From the NCBI GenBank assembly GCA_044356215.1, contig JBIKWQ010000066.1, forward strand, positions 1-18,704: a DNA stretch of 18,704 nt. The letters are read 5' to 3'. Numbering within the stretch: the stretch's first letter is position 1; every line of letters begins with the position of its first letter. A model generated the notes under the pieces. That model was not told the origin of the DNA. It was given only the letters and a program-made list of their open reading frames with translations, and ran no database searches. The stretch comes from Bdellovibrionota bacterium (GTDB lineage: Bacteria > Bdellovibrionota_C > UBA2361 > OMII01). Shown in pieces: positions 17,055-18,704 of the stretch. The translations under genes and the position numbers were made by a program.

Positions 17055-17177
17055 TTCCCCCATACAGGGCAAGACGCATTCATAGCGTCAAATTTAAGCT
17101 AAGCCGCTCTCTCGGGTAATCCGGGAGAGCCTTAGCGCGCCCTATTTGCCGGTTTCAGTGAGAAGTTTGGCGACACG

Positions 17178-18035
17178 ATGTCGGTTTCTATCTTCGATAA
17201 TCTCTTATCGCTTAGGCTTGCGTCTCAGATGCGAGTTACTAGCGCTAAGTTGGGCGCGGCGATCGAGAGAGCAGCTTCTGGTAATCGAATTAATAGGGCC
17301 TCTGATGACCCCGCTGGACTCGCTATCGCCGAAAAGTTAAGAAGTGACTCGCGCCTGATGAGTGTTGCTCTGCGTAACGCGAACGACGCACTTTCGGTCA
17401 CCAATGTCACTGATGACGCGTTAGGTGAGATCGCTAATATCCTCTCACGAATGTCTGAGTTGGCTTTACAAGGAGCTAACAGTACATATAGCGATACGCA
17501 GCGCTCAGCGATTCAATCCGAGTTCGCCGCGTTGGGCTCGGAGGTAAATCGCATCTCAGCTAGTGTTTCATTTAATGGAAACAATCTCCTCTCTGCTAGC
17601 TCAGAGTTAGTGGCGCAGATAGGAATCACTGGCGATGCTAATTCACGGATAATTTTGCCAGCCGTCTTGGGAACATTAGATTCGCTTGGTCTTGGTAGTG
17701 GCGCTGCGTTAACTTATTCAGTGAGCGGCACCACTACAGATTACGCCGCATCCGCGTCTCAAACAGCTTATACCGCTATTCAAGGGGCGATTGATGATAT
17801 CACCCAGCGCCGCGGGACAGTTGGTGCGACAGCTGCGCGCTTAAATTCCGCTGTATCTAATCTCTCTGTTAATCGCGAGACAACTATATCCGCGGAAGCT
17901 GCGATCCGTAATTCTGACGCGGCCTCAGATATGGCGGAGGTAGTGAGTCTGCGGATCTCAAGAGAGATTCAGTTCTCTCTCTTCGCCCAAGCGAATCAGA
18001 TGATGGCGAGGGTTTTGGTGGTGCTTTCCGCGTGA
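17178..18035 (+). CDS. Flagellin-family protein (short, D0/D1 only, divergent)
   Basis: SGNRINRASDDPAGLAIA, RNANDALS, RMSELALQ, FNGNNLL, RGTVGA..RL, AQANQ. Confidence 0.92.
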   Translation: MSVSIFDNLLSLRLASQMRVTSAKLGAAIERAASGNRINRASDDPAGLAIAEKLRSDSRLMSVALRNANDALSVTNVTDDALGEIANILSRMSELALQGANSTYSDTQRSAIQSEFAALGSEVNRISASVSFNGNNLLSASSELVAQIGITGDANSRIILPAVLGTLDSLGLGSGAALTYSVSGTTTDYAASASQTAYTAIQGAIDDITQRRGTVGATAARLNSAVSNLSVNRETTISAEAAIRNSDAASDMAEVVSLRISREIQFSLFAQANQMMARVLVVLSA

Positions 18036-18233
18036 ATCTCACTTGTTATCTTTATCGTGCACCTATTTCCTTCTCCTCCCCCTCCTCTTGATCCCTCCTT
18101 ATCCTAATCCTGCACCTGCACCTATCTCCTCCTCTTCAGATAGGTGAAATAAGCAAAGCTAAATCTCCGTGGCCCTCCGCGACCTCGATGTAGAATTTAT
18201 TCTAAGATAGTTCTACAGGCTCAAGGGAAGAGG

Positions 18234-18381
18234 AAACCACAGAGGAACACAGAGGGGGGAATATAATTTAATCGTGGCCTGGCTGACTCTTTGGGTTATA
18301 ACCTCTGTGATCCTCTGTGTACCTCTGTGGTTTTATCCCTATCCGTAACATCTAGAATGGAACCGCAGAGGATCACAGAGG
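18234..18381. repeat. CACAGAGG-family inverted repeat (10-nt period) plus extra arm
   Basis: 18234-18255 pairs with 18312-18333 (21/22). Extra units at 18302-18309 and 18361-18381. Confidence 0.85.
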
Positions 18382-18404
18382 CTAGGATTAAAGTAGCATC
18401 TTTC

Positions 18405-18428
18405 GGAGCGCGGCGCTCCCGCGCCGCT
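18405..18428. repeat. Short GC-rich REP-like hairpin
   Basis: GGAGC-GCGGCGC-TCCC-GCGCCGC-T; 7-bp stem 18410-18416/18421-18427. Confidence 0.55.
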
Positions 18429-18552
18429 TAGTGTGGGCTTGCCCTAGGCATGGTTATCGCTGTTACCCTGCAACAGCTATTCATCGCTCCGTGGCCCCCT
18501 TACCTAAAAATAGCTTATTTGAAGTAAACTCTATTTAGGGATTGACCGTAAA

Positions 18553-18681
18553 CACGTGCACCTGCTCGTGCTCGTAAACGTGAAACGTCCCCGAATTCAT
18601 GGTCACACAGAAGCCGAACTAAGATGGTAGAAGTGGCACATCGGGTACGTTTACGAGCAAGTGCACGAGCACGTTCACGTG
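18553..18681. repeat. Inverted arrays of degenerate hexamers
   Basis: CACGTG CACCTG CTCGTG CTCGTA AACGTG..CCCGA versus TCGGG TACGTT TACGAG CAAGTG CACGAG CACGTT CACGTG. 13-bp perfect core at 18569-18581/18647-18659. Confidence 0.8.
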
Positions 18682-18704
18682 GGAATGGCCGTGTAAAGCT
18701 TATT

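Noticed and set aside
16895..17083. 62-aa minus-strand ORF, or a riboswitch in the flagellin leader
   Set aside because: No recognisable protein features and it overlaps the putative promoter; the leader hairpins match no riboswitch consensus I can recognise.
2257..17410. Remaining short ORFs nested within or antisense to confident genes
   Set aside because: Alternative-frame shadows of well-supported CDSs with no independent evidence.

Overview
Bacterial chromosomal window of mostly cell-envelope and housekeeping genes. In order: a small Cys/His-rich lipoprotein, GT2 glycosyltransferase, NodU/CmcH-type carbamoyltransferase plus SxtJ-like membrane protein, nagZ, cysS, GT4, DCC1-like oxidoreductase, GT-C-like membrane protein, an interrupted Gfo/Idh/MocA-like gene, cmoB, apaG, mpl and an orphan flagellin. 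The unusual content is largely non-coding. (i) One non-autonomous element family with GGAAGGCCGGCAAAACC termini and YTAR flanks (IS5-like MITE) occurs three times: a clean 183-bp copy splitting a gene with a TTAA duplication, a 46-bp deletion derivative, and a 471-bp copy that has absorbed a second MITE (9-bp duplication, itself holding a perfect 31-bp inverted repeat) and two REP-like palindrome inserts. (ii) A 52/53-bp tandem array of hairpin units lies at the left edge. (iii) Several short periodic palindrome families cluster at the right edge. The 83-aa lipoprotein looks like a lipid-anchored metallothionein-like protein. No transposase, tRNA, rRNA or CRISPR array was seen. All family assignments come from motif recognition, not database searches.
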